Shown one piece after another: positions 37,101 through 43,915 of a stretch of DNA of 64,000 nt. The position numbers and the translations under genes were made by a program. This DNA comes from Fimbriimonadia bacterium (lineage in GTDB: Bacteria; Armatimonadota; Fimbriimonadia; Fimbriimonadales; JABRVX01), in NCBI GenBank assembly GCA_039961735.1, contig JABRVX010000004.1, positions 3,220 through 67,219 of the forward strand, given 5' to 3'. The notes under the pieces were generated by a model, which saw nothing but the letters and a program-made list of their open reading frames with translations, made no database searches and had not been told where the DNA came from. Positions within the stretch are counted from its first letter, which is position 1; each line of letters opens with the position of its first letter.

Positions 37101-37464
37101 CGGCGGCGACGCATTCCCTTACTACTTCCGCAAGGCAGGCGTTGGAAAGCTCATCGGCACGCGCACGTGGGGCGGCCTCGTCGGCCTCTCGTGGAATCCG
37201 GAACTGATAGATGGTGGGGTGCTTCGCGTACCCAGGCATGCCTTCTTCGAGACCGACGGCACGTGGGGAGTGGAGGGCTACGGCGTGGCCCCGGACATCG
37301 AGGTGGTTGACGATCCCGCGCTGATGGTAGATGGTGGCGATCCGCAGCTCGACGCTGCGATTCGACACATGCTGGACGAACTCAAGCGCAGGCCCTATGT
37401 GGCGCCCAAGACGCCCGAGTATCCGGACAGGAGCGGGATAGGACTGCATCCAAAGGACCGATAA
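34129..37464 (+). CDS. Tricorn protease homologue (S41 family; beta-propellers, PDZ and tail-specific protease core)
   Basis: Start at ATG 34129 (SD GGAGG). 'SAKHIVFTYSGNLWVMPRTGGVAQPLTS', repeated TolB/WD40-like 'SPDG' blades, then 'GYIHVPDT...DERWNGGG' with 'LINSLAGSGGDAFPYYFR...GTRTWGG' as the S41 core. Confidence 0.85.
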   Translation: MIGFFRSALTAASLGVLATGGIGCMMPLVLLIQDDSVAPHAGMIRYPDVSAKHIVFTYSGNLWVMPRTGGVAQPLTSAVGGEVFAKFSPDGSQVAFLGGYDAGSDIYTLPVEGGVPFRVTYHPNQEIPCDWTASGDILFFSYGRDLHGSQSQLMRVPASGGQPKKLPVPYGANGAISPDGKWLAYVLHSTDFSTWKRYTGGQATDIWLFHLETHQSKKITDWMGTDSLPMWHGDTVYYLSDDGPSHRLNIWAYDTKSGRRRQVTRYADFDVKWPSIGPGPDGKGEIVYQHGPDIRLLDLATGESKRVEVRIPGARPTLRARAVNAARYLSSFDLSPTGKRVVVSARGDVWSLPAEEGTLRNMTRTSGVFEREPTWSPDGKWIAYWSDESGEYELYLMPSDGSGETKKLTSLGAGYRQNLTWSPDSKNLVFQDEKGRICLISAEGGEPKVVDTDGSGYNSRVAWSHDSSWLVYTKLSNTRLSAVWLYNVAEDKATQVTAGVFPDSWPVFDRKGDYLFLASNRNVTSPVFDEFGGWRAVYANTDVLLAVPLRKDIKSPFLPKSDEESFKKDTKPAGEGDKKDDKPASDGDKSREEEKPLAIDLDGFESRAIRLPVPPGSFHSLNVTADGKLMYTRSGSGIKLFEMSGPQAQEQPVLAGVEQFTISADGKKLLVAVGDGLAVISASPNQKTEKMVPMQGMTANVEPREEWRQIFNDAWRLFRDYFYAGNMHGVDWPAIREQYSRMLEDCSSRGDLNYILGEMIGELNVGHAYIWEVGDVEQAPPANVGLLGCDYEVHRGAYRISRILGGAAWDDDARGPLGQPGVDVKVGDYVLAVNGVPIDVSKEIHAAFLNTAGRTITITVSENPVMDEKARDVVVKPTANEGALRYRTWVEKNRKYVEERSGGRVGYIHVPDTANNGLNELNRQFIGQMNKEALIVDERWNGGGQSPDKFIELLNRPALSYFHTRNGRNDPVPGISHLGPKCMLINSLAGSGGDAFPYYFRKAGVGKLIGTRTWGGLVGLSWNPELIDGGVLRVPRHAFFETDGTWGVEGYGVAPDIEVVDDPALMVDGGDPQLDAAIRHMLDELKRRPYVAPKTPEYPDRSGIGLHPKDR

Positions 37465-37515
37465 CCAGGCCGACTGAGACGTGACGTATCGTTAGGGTCA
37501 TGTGGGATTCCACGC

Positions 37516-37732
37516 ACTGTCATCCCGAGGGATCGGCAGCTAGCCTGTTCTGCCACACTATGCCTGCCACGAGCAACTGAGGCAACCCTTTCTGGTTCCT
37601 CCCGCGAAGCGCTGCACCCCGGTGGCCAAATCCCCGCACGCTGCACGCGCGATCACAAGGGGTTCGCTCAGTCGCTATCGTAGGATCACTACTAGCTCTC
37701 GGCATAGGCGTGCGCTCCGTCGGGATGACAGT
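37516..37732. repeat. 217-bp unit bounded by 17-nt inverted repeats (MITE-like)
   Basis: ACTGTCATCCCGAGGGA (37516-37532) matches the reverse complement of TCCGTCGGGATGACAGT (37716-37732) at 16 of 17 positions. A degenerate third copy, GGAATGACAGC, lies at 38033-38043. Confidence 0.5.
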
Positions 37733-37833
37733 CCCTTGGGTTCGCCGCCCGGTGATAGCATCGCGGTGCGCGGGAAGGTAGCATTGAGAGGCTGTTGCTG
37801 CACGCGCGAGAGCACCCCACAAGCCCACCCCGC

Positions 37834-38008
37834 CATGCTGAGTCTGCAGAAGCAAACGTCATGCTGAGCCTGTCGAAGCACGCGTCATGCTGAGCCCGTC
37901 TCCGTCATGCTGAGCCTGTCGAAGCATGTCCCCGCAAGCCGCATGCTCCCGGCTCAGGATACTACGTTTGCGACAACCGGCGGCATGCTTCGACAGGCTC
38001 AGCATGAC
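37834..38008. repeat. Cluster of at least 6 copies of a 23-25 nt palindromic REP-like unit GTCATGCTGAGCCTGTCGAAGCATG
   Basis: Direct copies at 37834-37854, 37858-37880, 37884-37900 (truncated) and 37904-37928. Inverted copies at 37941-37959 (degenerate) and 37984-38008. Each unit can fold through CATGCT/AGCATG. Confidence 0.8.
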
Positions 38009-38117
38009 GGTAGCCCAGCCCGGACCTATCTTGGAATGACAGCAAGCCGCGGCGGACCTAACTGCCTTGCATCCTCTCGGGGATTGACGAACCGACAGAC
38101 CGGGTCCGACACCGGCC

Positions 38118-38336
38118 CTACTTAGCGACTGGCTTCATTGCATGTGGGCACATGCCCTTGGAGCATGGACCGTAGGTCTTGCAGTTGCTCTTGTAGCGGA
38201 AGTTCCCGGTGTGGCGCAGAATGCTGACGTCCGGCGCACCGAGCTTGGGCTCGTAGGTCTCAACGTGGGCGACGGCCGTTGTCGCCAGGATGGCGGAGCC
38301 TAGGCTAAAGGCAAGCGCTTGCAGTGTCTTCTTCAT
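38118..38336 (-). CDS. Small secreted Cys-containing protein (72 aa), paralog A
   Basis: ATG 38336 with SD GGAGGG 7 nt upstream. Signal peptide MKKTLQALAFSLGSAILATTAVA. Shares 'LGAPD.SILRHTG.FR...NC...GPC.K..C' with 38479-38739. Confidence 0.65.
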   Translation of the reverse strand: MKKTLQALAFSLGSAILATTAVAHVETYEPKLGAPDVSILRHTGNFRYKSNCKTYGPCSKGMCPHAMKPVAK

Positions 38337-38431
38337 CGAAGACCCTCCATGGGTCGGACAAGTCTGTCGTGAGTGCACTGATTATGGCGGGGTGCCTGTC
38401 GCCGACGTCAACATGAATGACGCTAACGATA

Positions 38432-38455
38432 AGGCCCGGCCGAGGGGCCGGGCCT
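38432..38455 (-). terminator. Strong GC hairpin after paralog B
   Basis: AGGCCCGGCC-loop4-GGCCGGGCCT forms a 10-bp perfect stem 24 nt downstream of the stop at 38479. The minus strand then reads TATCGTT, a weak U-tract. Confidence 0.45.
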
Positions 38456-38478
38456 GACGACCTTTCTGCCGAGCAGAA

Positions 38479-38739
38479 CTACTTGGCGGCCGCGCCGCAG
38501 CAGGTGATCTTCGCAGGGCAACAGGCCGACTTCTTGACCATGGAGCCGCATGTGGACTTCGCACACGGCCCACACAGATCGCCGCAGTTCTTCATCGCAC
38601 GAAACTTGCCCGTGTGCCGCAGAATGCTGTAATCCGGAGCCCCGAGGCTGCTCGGCTGGCAGCAGTTTCGCCCCCCGAAACTGCTGGCGGACAGGGCCAG
38701 GGCCGCTGCCGCTACGATCAGAACGATGGCCTTTCTCAT
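38479..38739 (-). CDS. Small secreted Cys-rich protein (86 aa, 10 Cys after the signal peptide), paralog B
   Basis: SD GGAGG 9 nt upstream. Signal peptide MRKAIVLIVAAAALALSAS. The same conserved core as paralog A, plus CC pairs (NCCQP, ACCPAKITCCG). Confidence 0.65.
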   Translation of the reverse strand: MRKAIVLIVAAAALALSASSFGGRNCCQPSSLGAPDYSILRHTGKFRAMKNCGDLCGPCAKSTCGSMVKKSACCPAKITCCGAAAK

Positions 38740-38796
38740 TCCCAGATTCCTCCGTAGACTAGTTGGCGGATCGGCGCGCGCCCCCCTAAGAACAGC

Positions 38797-38822
38797 GGGC
38801 CGATTACCTTTGTAATCGGTCC
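38797..38822. promoter_or_regulatory. 11-bp-stem palindrome GGGCCGATTAC-CTTT-GTAATCGGTCC upstream of paralog B
   Basis: Hand-paired, with one G-T wobble. It lies 58 nt upstream of the ATG at 38739 in the divergent intergenic region. Confidence 0.35.
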
Positions 38823-38966
38823 GGGGCTGCCCCGCCTTACGCTCGAAATGCTAGTTTACCCTCTTGGCCGGCATTCCGCCCGGTGGACAGGGCGGCGAGC
38901 GCAACCGCACTAACTAGGCGCAGGTGGGCGACACTGGCTCGAAGAGTCGCGAGTCGTGCCAAGCCG

Positions 38967-38975
38967 TGATACAAT
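38967..38975 (+). promoter_or_regulatory. Extended -10 element TGATACAAT
   Basis: TGnTACAAT lies about 190 nt upstream of the PEP-CTERM gene ATG (39166). The -35 is weak. Confidence 0.3.
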
Positions 38976-39165
38976 ATGGGCACGGTCCCTTGGGTCTGAA
39001 TCCACGGCCAGTGCCGTGCGCCCGAGGTGATCGGAAACGCAATAAAGAGATGGAGTGATGCGCGCCATCTGGGCTAAGCGGAGTTAGGCGCGCGTTGGTG
39101 CGGTGGCGCCTAAGGCGCGCTATGTAGCGTCTAGGCGTCACCGTCGCCTGCAAAAGAGGGACATC

Positions 39166-40110
39166 ATGAAGCAGGTTTGCCATCTCGTAGCGGCGATATG
39201 CACAGCGTTCGTGCAATTAGGCACCCATGCGCTGGCGCAGGAGCAGTGCCGCCACGAAAAGCTGCTTTCCCAAGTCTACGATGTTGCAGCCACTCCGCAG
39301 TAGTATGGACCAACGCGAAGGGGGAAGTAGCGTACTATGCCAGTCCCACGTGTTCCTCGACGACTACCCTCTCTCGCGCAGCATCGTGGGTCCCGACTAC
39401 TCCGCAGGGGCCGCGTATCTCAACCGCCGCGGCGACGTGCTATGGACCCGCCCGGACCTGGACGGCTACACCGACATCTTCATCGACGACGTGAACTACA
39501 GCCGATCGCACTTCGGAAACGCGCCCAGAAACTACCATGCCTATTCGCGGGGCATGAACGACAATGGCGATATCGTCTGGGCGGGCATCGACTGGAACCT
39601 CGCCTACGGCTACTCGGACGTCTTCAAGAATCACGAGAACCTGTCGCTGGCTGTGTACGGAGATATACCTCGTGCGGCATTCCCGATGGGCATCAGCAAC
39701 ACTGGACAAGCGGTATGGATCGGCTTCCGGAAGGGACTCGAGTTCAAGAACACCATCTGGCGGGACACTACCAACATCTCGGGCCCACCGGCACTCCCAC
39801 CGATGCACCGCAGATTGACAACTGGGGGCGCGTAATGTGGTGGGCGTACGGCCCGCAGTTCAACGGGTGGGTGCGGACCTTCGTGGACTCGCTGGACATC
39901 TCGGCGAATGCGCTCGGCGACGACGTGTGGAACTACACCTGCAAGGGCGTCAAGATAGGCCCTAACGGCCACGTCTTCTGAATCGCGGTGGACCTTCGTA
40001 CGAACCTGGCGGACGTCTGGCTATCCACACCGGTGCCCGAGCCGAGTGGAGCGTTGGGATTGGGATTGCTCCTTATCTGCATCGCATACCGGCGGTGTAG
40101 CCGGCGGTAG
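39166..40110 (+). pseudogene. Decayed PEP-CTERM secreted repeat protein gene (three frame changes plus an in-frame TGA)
   Basis: Signal peptide MKQVCHLVAAICTAFVQLGTHALA in frame 1 up to the TAG at 39301. The protein-like text moves to frame 3 near 39297, frame 2 near 39344 and back to frame 1 near 39785. After the TGA at 39979 the same frame continues to 'PVPEPSGALGLGLLLICIAYRRCSRR' and a TAG at 40108. Confidence 0.6.
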
Positions 40111-40215
40111 CGTCTTCTAGCGCACCACGCGCCGGGACCGAAGAACCGGCGGGCGTCGGCAGCACGTGCCGATCGGGATAATGAGCCCGATGCGTGTGCT
40201 CGGCGTGATATCGCA

Positions 40216-41121
40216 GTGAGCCAAAGGAAGGACCTTGCCGCAGACTCGGCCCTCTTGGCCGTGCTGGCTATCTGGGTGGGCAGCTTCCTGGTGTTCAAGG
40301 TGGCCTTTCACCAGTTCCAGCCGCATGCCTTCAACCTGGCGCGATTCACCCTGATGATCCCGCTCGCGTTCGCCACGCTGTGGTTCTCGGAGGGCGACCT
40401 GCGGCTGCGGCGGTCCGACTTGCGGCCGATGATCGTCTCCGGGCTGCTAGGCTTCGGCATCTACCAGTCGCTGTTCATCTCCGGCCTCGCGCGCACGCAG
40501 GCGTCCAACATGGCCTTGCTGCTCTCCATGACGCCGGTGTTTTCGGCGCTGATCTTGGCGCTGTTTCGGCTGGAGACGGTGACGCGCGGGCAGTGGGCGG
40601 GTATTGCCATCTCCATGGCGGGTGTCGCGCTTTTCATCACCAAGGGCGGCTCGCTCGGGCAGGCGAGGCTCGGTCCCGGCGACCTGATGGCGCTCGGCAG
40701 CTCGGCGTGTTTCGCAGCGTACGGCATCCTGAATAAGCCGTTGCTGGAACGGATGACCCCGGTGCGGTTGATGGCGTACGGGCTACTCATCGGCATCGTC
40801 CCGCTCATTCCCGTGTCGCTGCCGGACGTAATGCGGCAGGATTGGGCCGCGATTGACACGTCCGGGTGGCTGCTGCTCGCGTATGCGACGGTGTTCCCCG
40901 TGTATCTGGCCTACATGCTGTGGAACTGGGCCATCGCACGGCACGGCGTGATCCGAACCGCGCCCGTAAGCTACCTGGTGCCCGTGTTCACCGGCCTTGC
41001 GGCTTGGCTCTTCTTGGGAGAGCGGCTTACCGCAGTGCAGGTGCTCGCCGGAGCGGTGGTGCTGGCGGGGGTGGGCCTCACGCGCTCGTCGCCGAGTTCG
41101 CTAGCTCCGGTGGAGGAGTGA
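40216..41121 (+). CDS. DMT superfamily (EamA-like) transporter
   Basis: 301 aa with about 10 TM helices in two EamA-like halves. GTG start. Confidence 0.75.
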   Translation: MSQRKDLAADSALLAVLAIWVGSFLVFKVAFHQFQPHAFNLARFTLMIPLAFATLWFSEGDLRLRRSDLRPMIVSGLLGFGIYQSLFISGLARTQASNMALLLSMTPVFSALILALFRLETVTRGQWAGIAISMAGVALFITKGGSLGQARLGPGDLMALGSSACFAAYGILNKPLLERMTPVRLMAYGLLIGIVPLIPVSLPDVMRQDWAAIDTSGWLLLAYATVFPVYLAYMLWNWAIARHGVIRTAPVSYLVPVFTGLAAWLFLGERLTAVQVLAGAVVLAGVGLTRSSPSSLAPVEE

Positions 41122-41215
41122 AAGCCAAACGGCCATGTCTCGTAGCACGAGAGTTTGCTATGTGAACTATGATAGTCTAGCTGGTGCTTTCTTTTAGCAG
41201 AACCCATGAAACCTC

Positions 41216-41244
41216 TTGACAACCAGCGAGAATGCCCGTATCAT
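41216..41244 (+). promoter_or_regulatory. Near-consensus sigma70 promoter TTGACA-N17-TATCAT
   Basis: Exact TTGACA (41216-41221), a 17-nt spacer, then TATCAT (41239-41244). It is followed by GGAGGTGGAGA and a TTG start at 41285. Confidence 0.5.
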
Positions 41245-41284
41245 CAGGGGGCCGCAGACGTCAATATGGCGTTGGAGGTGGAGA

Positions 41285-42580
41285 TTGCGCTGTTACTGGG
41301 TTCCGGCCTCGATCTTGGCGCTGAGCCCGCTGCTCGGGTGGGCGCAGGGCGCGATGATAGAGCCACTTCCGTATCCGTTCGCTGCGCTGGATTGGAGCGC
41401 GGAGAGCGGGCGTGAGGAAGCCGAGATGTGGCTGCGCGTCTCAGGCCTTCCCCCGATTGACGTTCGCTGTACTCCACTCAGCTTTGAATGGACCTTCCAG
41501 GGCTGTGGGGCGCACCTCGCGGACCCCGAGCATCATCCGCCGGGTGCGGAGCTTTACCTGCGGTTCACCAGTCCTGGCGTTTGCCACGTCTCTGTGGATG
41601 TGTCGGAGAACGGATCGGAAGGATGTACGCGGACTTGGCATGCCGAAGCCGATGTCTATGTACTGGGCGGGCCCATCAGTGTGCAGATTAGGGATCACCC
41701 CCAGCACTACGATATCCATCAGGACAGCACGACATGTTGGTATCTATCATACTACGGCTACAACGTTGGCTACCTCGTCCCGCGCAAGAGGTCAGAGCAG
41801 GCGACCAGCGAGGCTTGGATATCAGCCGACCGTGCAGCCCAACAACCCCCGGGAACCCGTTTTCGCTGGACCGTCACGCATCCTGGTGTTTTCACCTCTA
41901 ACCCCGCCCTAAACGGTACGACCCAAGCCACCAGCATCACGATCAAGGCGAACGGCCCGAGCAACCCGGGCCAGATCCAGGTTCGCCTGGAATACGAGTT
42001 GGACATCCCCGGCTGGGGCACGGCCGTGGTGCCGGACGACACGGACAACGTGCCGAGGCCACCCCACAACGTCCCGTCTTCGAACTACAGACGCTTCACG
42101 GGCCACAAGCCGATCCGCGTCGAGTTGGCCGAGATGGTGGTGAACCCGATCAACACGATATCGGTAATCGGCCCTCCGGAATGGGTATACCAGGACGACT
42201 ACTACTACACGCTCTTCGATCAGCTCTCGGCTGCGATGAGAGGCGTGTGGGTGCAAGAGCGTTTCCCCGACGGTGTTCCCACGCATTACAATGACGGGAG
42301 GCTCCTGCCTCAGCCGTTCCTGTGGAACGGTGCCACCGGTTCCTACTGGATCACCCTGATTAACAACGCTCAGAACCCAACTCGGCCTTTCGGCACATTC
42401 GGACCCGACCACATCATACTAGCCGATACTAGGGAATGGCCCTCTGATGGACCGCCAGGGCTCGGTCCGCTCCGGCACGAGTATTGGGCGGGAACCAAGG
42501 GCGCCTTTGCCAACGATGGGGGATGCAAGGTCGGTGAGTTCCAGATGAGCATGTGGACCGACGCGACGGCTCACTGGTGA
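41285..42580 (+). CDS. Secreted hypothetical protein (about 431 aa), no family recognised
   Basis: I propose the TTG at 41285 as the start (SD GGAGG 6 nt upstream). This gives the signal peptide (M)RCYWVPASILALSPLLGWAQG. Trp/Tyr-rich and beta-rich in appearance. Confidence 0.6.
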   Translation: MRCYWVPASILALSPLLGWAQGAMIEPLPYPFAALDWSAESGREEAEMWLRVSGLPPIDVRCTPLSFEWTFQGCGAHLADPEHHPPGAELYLRFTSPGVCHVSVDVSENGSEGCTRTWHAEADVYVLGGPISVQIRDHPQHYDIHQDSTTCWYLSYYGYNVGYLVPRKRSEQATSEAWISADRAAQQPPGTRFRWTVTHPGVFTSNPALNGTTQATSITIKANGPSNPGQIQVRLEYELDIPGWGTAVVPDDTDNVPRPPHNVPSSNYRRFTGHKPIRVELAEMVVNPINTISVIGPPEWVYQDDYYYTLFDQLSAAMRGVWVQERFPDGVPTHYNDGRLLPQPFLWNGATGSYWITLINNAQNPTRPFGTFGPDHIILADTREWPSDGPPGLGPLRHEYWAGTKGAFANDGGCKVGEFQMSMWTDATAHW

Positions 42581-42604
42581 TAGTGAGAGACTGGAGTTCA
42601 TGGG

Positions 42605-43837
42605 ATGCTGAACCTCATACCATGGTCGATACTTCTGGTGGCGCAGACGTCCGACGGAGGACGCGGCGCCTTCACTGACGGCGTGTTGGGCCTATGGTGT
42701 CTGGCCGACGCGGTGGCTTACGTTCGGCCCAGGCCCGCCGAAGCGACCACGATTCGGCTCGATGTCGTGGACACCCGAGGCTCACTCCTAACAGACGAGA
42801 ATGGTAACCTGTTGGCGAAGCGAGCGGACGGGAGTATTCTGATCGAGAATCGCGCATTCCGTCTTGTGCCGTGCGACGTCCTCAGGGTTGCCAAGGGTCA
42901 GCTACCGGAGCGCATCGCTGTTCTGCTTTGGCCACCACCGCCAAAGGGAGACGCTGCGATACTGCCGAGCTCGCCGGAAGGGCGGGCGGTGTTGGCGTTT
43001 CTCAAGCGACCCGACAGCCGCGGCTACCTTCTTCTGGATAGCATCTCGCCGGGAGTGTTCTTCTACGAGGTGCGGCCTCCGGACGGCGGGCCGACGGTAG
43101 TCGGTCCGCTGGACCTGGTAAGCCCCCTGTCCTTCTGGCCAGTCGGGTGGCCAGTTGCTGAGTGCCACGAGCAGCTGGCATTCCGTGGCCTGGTGAATGG
43201 CGTTGCCTCCACGCTCGTGCTTCCCGAGCATGCGTCCCGAGCGAGTGGACTCGAGCTGCTGGCATGGGCTGCACCAGCCCGGCTTCGCTTGAGTTGGCCG
43301 TTCATCCCCACTCCGGATGTTGGACTGTCCCAGGTTGGAGGAGACTATGAAGCGTGGTTCCGTAGGACCATCTACCCCGCTGTTCTGAGTCGCACACAGT
43401 CTGGTGACGACCAAGAGGCTGCACTTGCCCTAAGCGTGCTCTTGTACAACGATGACTGGCAGTACATGGAGCAGTTCGCTGACCGCGTCGTTGCGCTGAC
43501 TGAGAAGTCCGAGTCGGTAGCCACCGACGTGATCGGGTGGCTCAGACGAGCGCCGGACCCGGACGTCGCCTACAAGAAGCTGTTGCAATCCAAGCATCCT
43601 TTAGTCCTGGTTCAAACCCTGGAGGAAATCACCCGGGGCAAGCGGGTCGCATGTCGTGCCGCAGTAAAGGGTGTTTTGGGGCACACCAGCGCTCGCGTGC
43701 TCTTCCGAGCGATGCATGCACTCTCGATCCTGGATAATGACCCCGACCACGATCCAGGATCGGGCGGGGTTGTCGCCAAGATCGATCCGGGCTCGCGTGC
43801 CGCGGAGCTCCTGGAATACTGGCGCAACAAACCCTAA
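42605..43837 (+). CDS. Hypothetical protein (410 aa) with N-terminal hydrophobic segment and C-terminal helical-repeat-like region
   Basis: Lies 24 nt after the previous stop, with SD GGAG. N-terminus MLNLIPWSILLVAQTS. The C-terminal 'PLVLVQTLEEITRGKRVACRAAVKGVLGHTSARVLFRAMHALSIL' looks HEAT/ARM-like. Confidence 0.6.
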   Translation: MLNLIPWSILLVAQTSDGGRGAFTDGVLGLWCLADAVAYVRPRPAEATTIRLDVVDTRGSLLTDENGNLLAKRADGSILIENRAFRLVPCDVLRVAKGQLPERIAVLLWPPPPKGDAAILPSSPEGRAVLAFLKRPDSRGYLLLDSISPGVFFYEVRPPDGGPTVVGPLDLVSPLSFWPVGWPVAECHEQLAFRGLVNGVASTLVLPEHASRASGLELLAWAAPARLRLSWPFIPTPDVGLSQVGGDYEAWFRRTIYPAVLSRTQSGDDQEAALALSVLLYNDDWQYMEQFADRVVALTEKSESVATDVIGWLRRAPDPDVAYKKLLQSKHPLVLVQTLEEITRGKRVACRAAVKGVLGHTSARVLFRAMHALSILDNDPDHDPGSGGVVAKIDPGSRAAELLEYWRNKP

Positions 43838-43915
43838 CGGCCGCCCGAGCAGGCATCCGGCGGTTGGGGCCGGTGGTGGGCTGGGACTAGCCACGGACAG
43901 GGTTGCGTACATACG

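Noticed and set aside
37834-37928. Four head-to-tail repeats of 23-25 nt that could be mistaken for a mini-CRISPR array.
   Set aside because: The units abut with only 1-4 nt between them, so there are no spacers. They are themselves palindromic, they also occur inverted nearby, and there are no cas genes in the window. They fit REP/MITE-like repeats better.
39979-39981. The in-frame TGA in the PEP-CTERM gene as a selenocysteine codon or programmed readthrough.
   Set aside because: The gene also needs three frame changes to be read. I noticed no SECIS-like hairpin immediately downstream, and the context is not a redox motif. Decay or sequencing error is more parsimonious.
41216-41284. The TTG at 41216 as the start codon of the 454-aa ORF.
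   Set aside because: That TTG is the first triplet of an exact TTGACA-N17-TATCAT promoter. A TTG at 41285 has a well-spaced GGAGG and yields a proper signal peptide.
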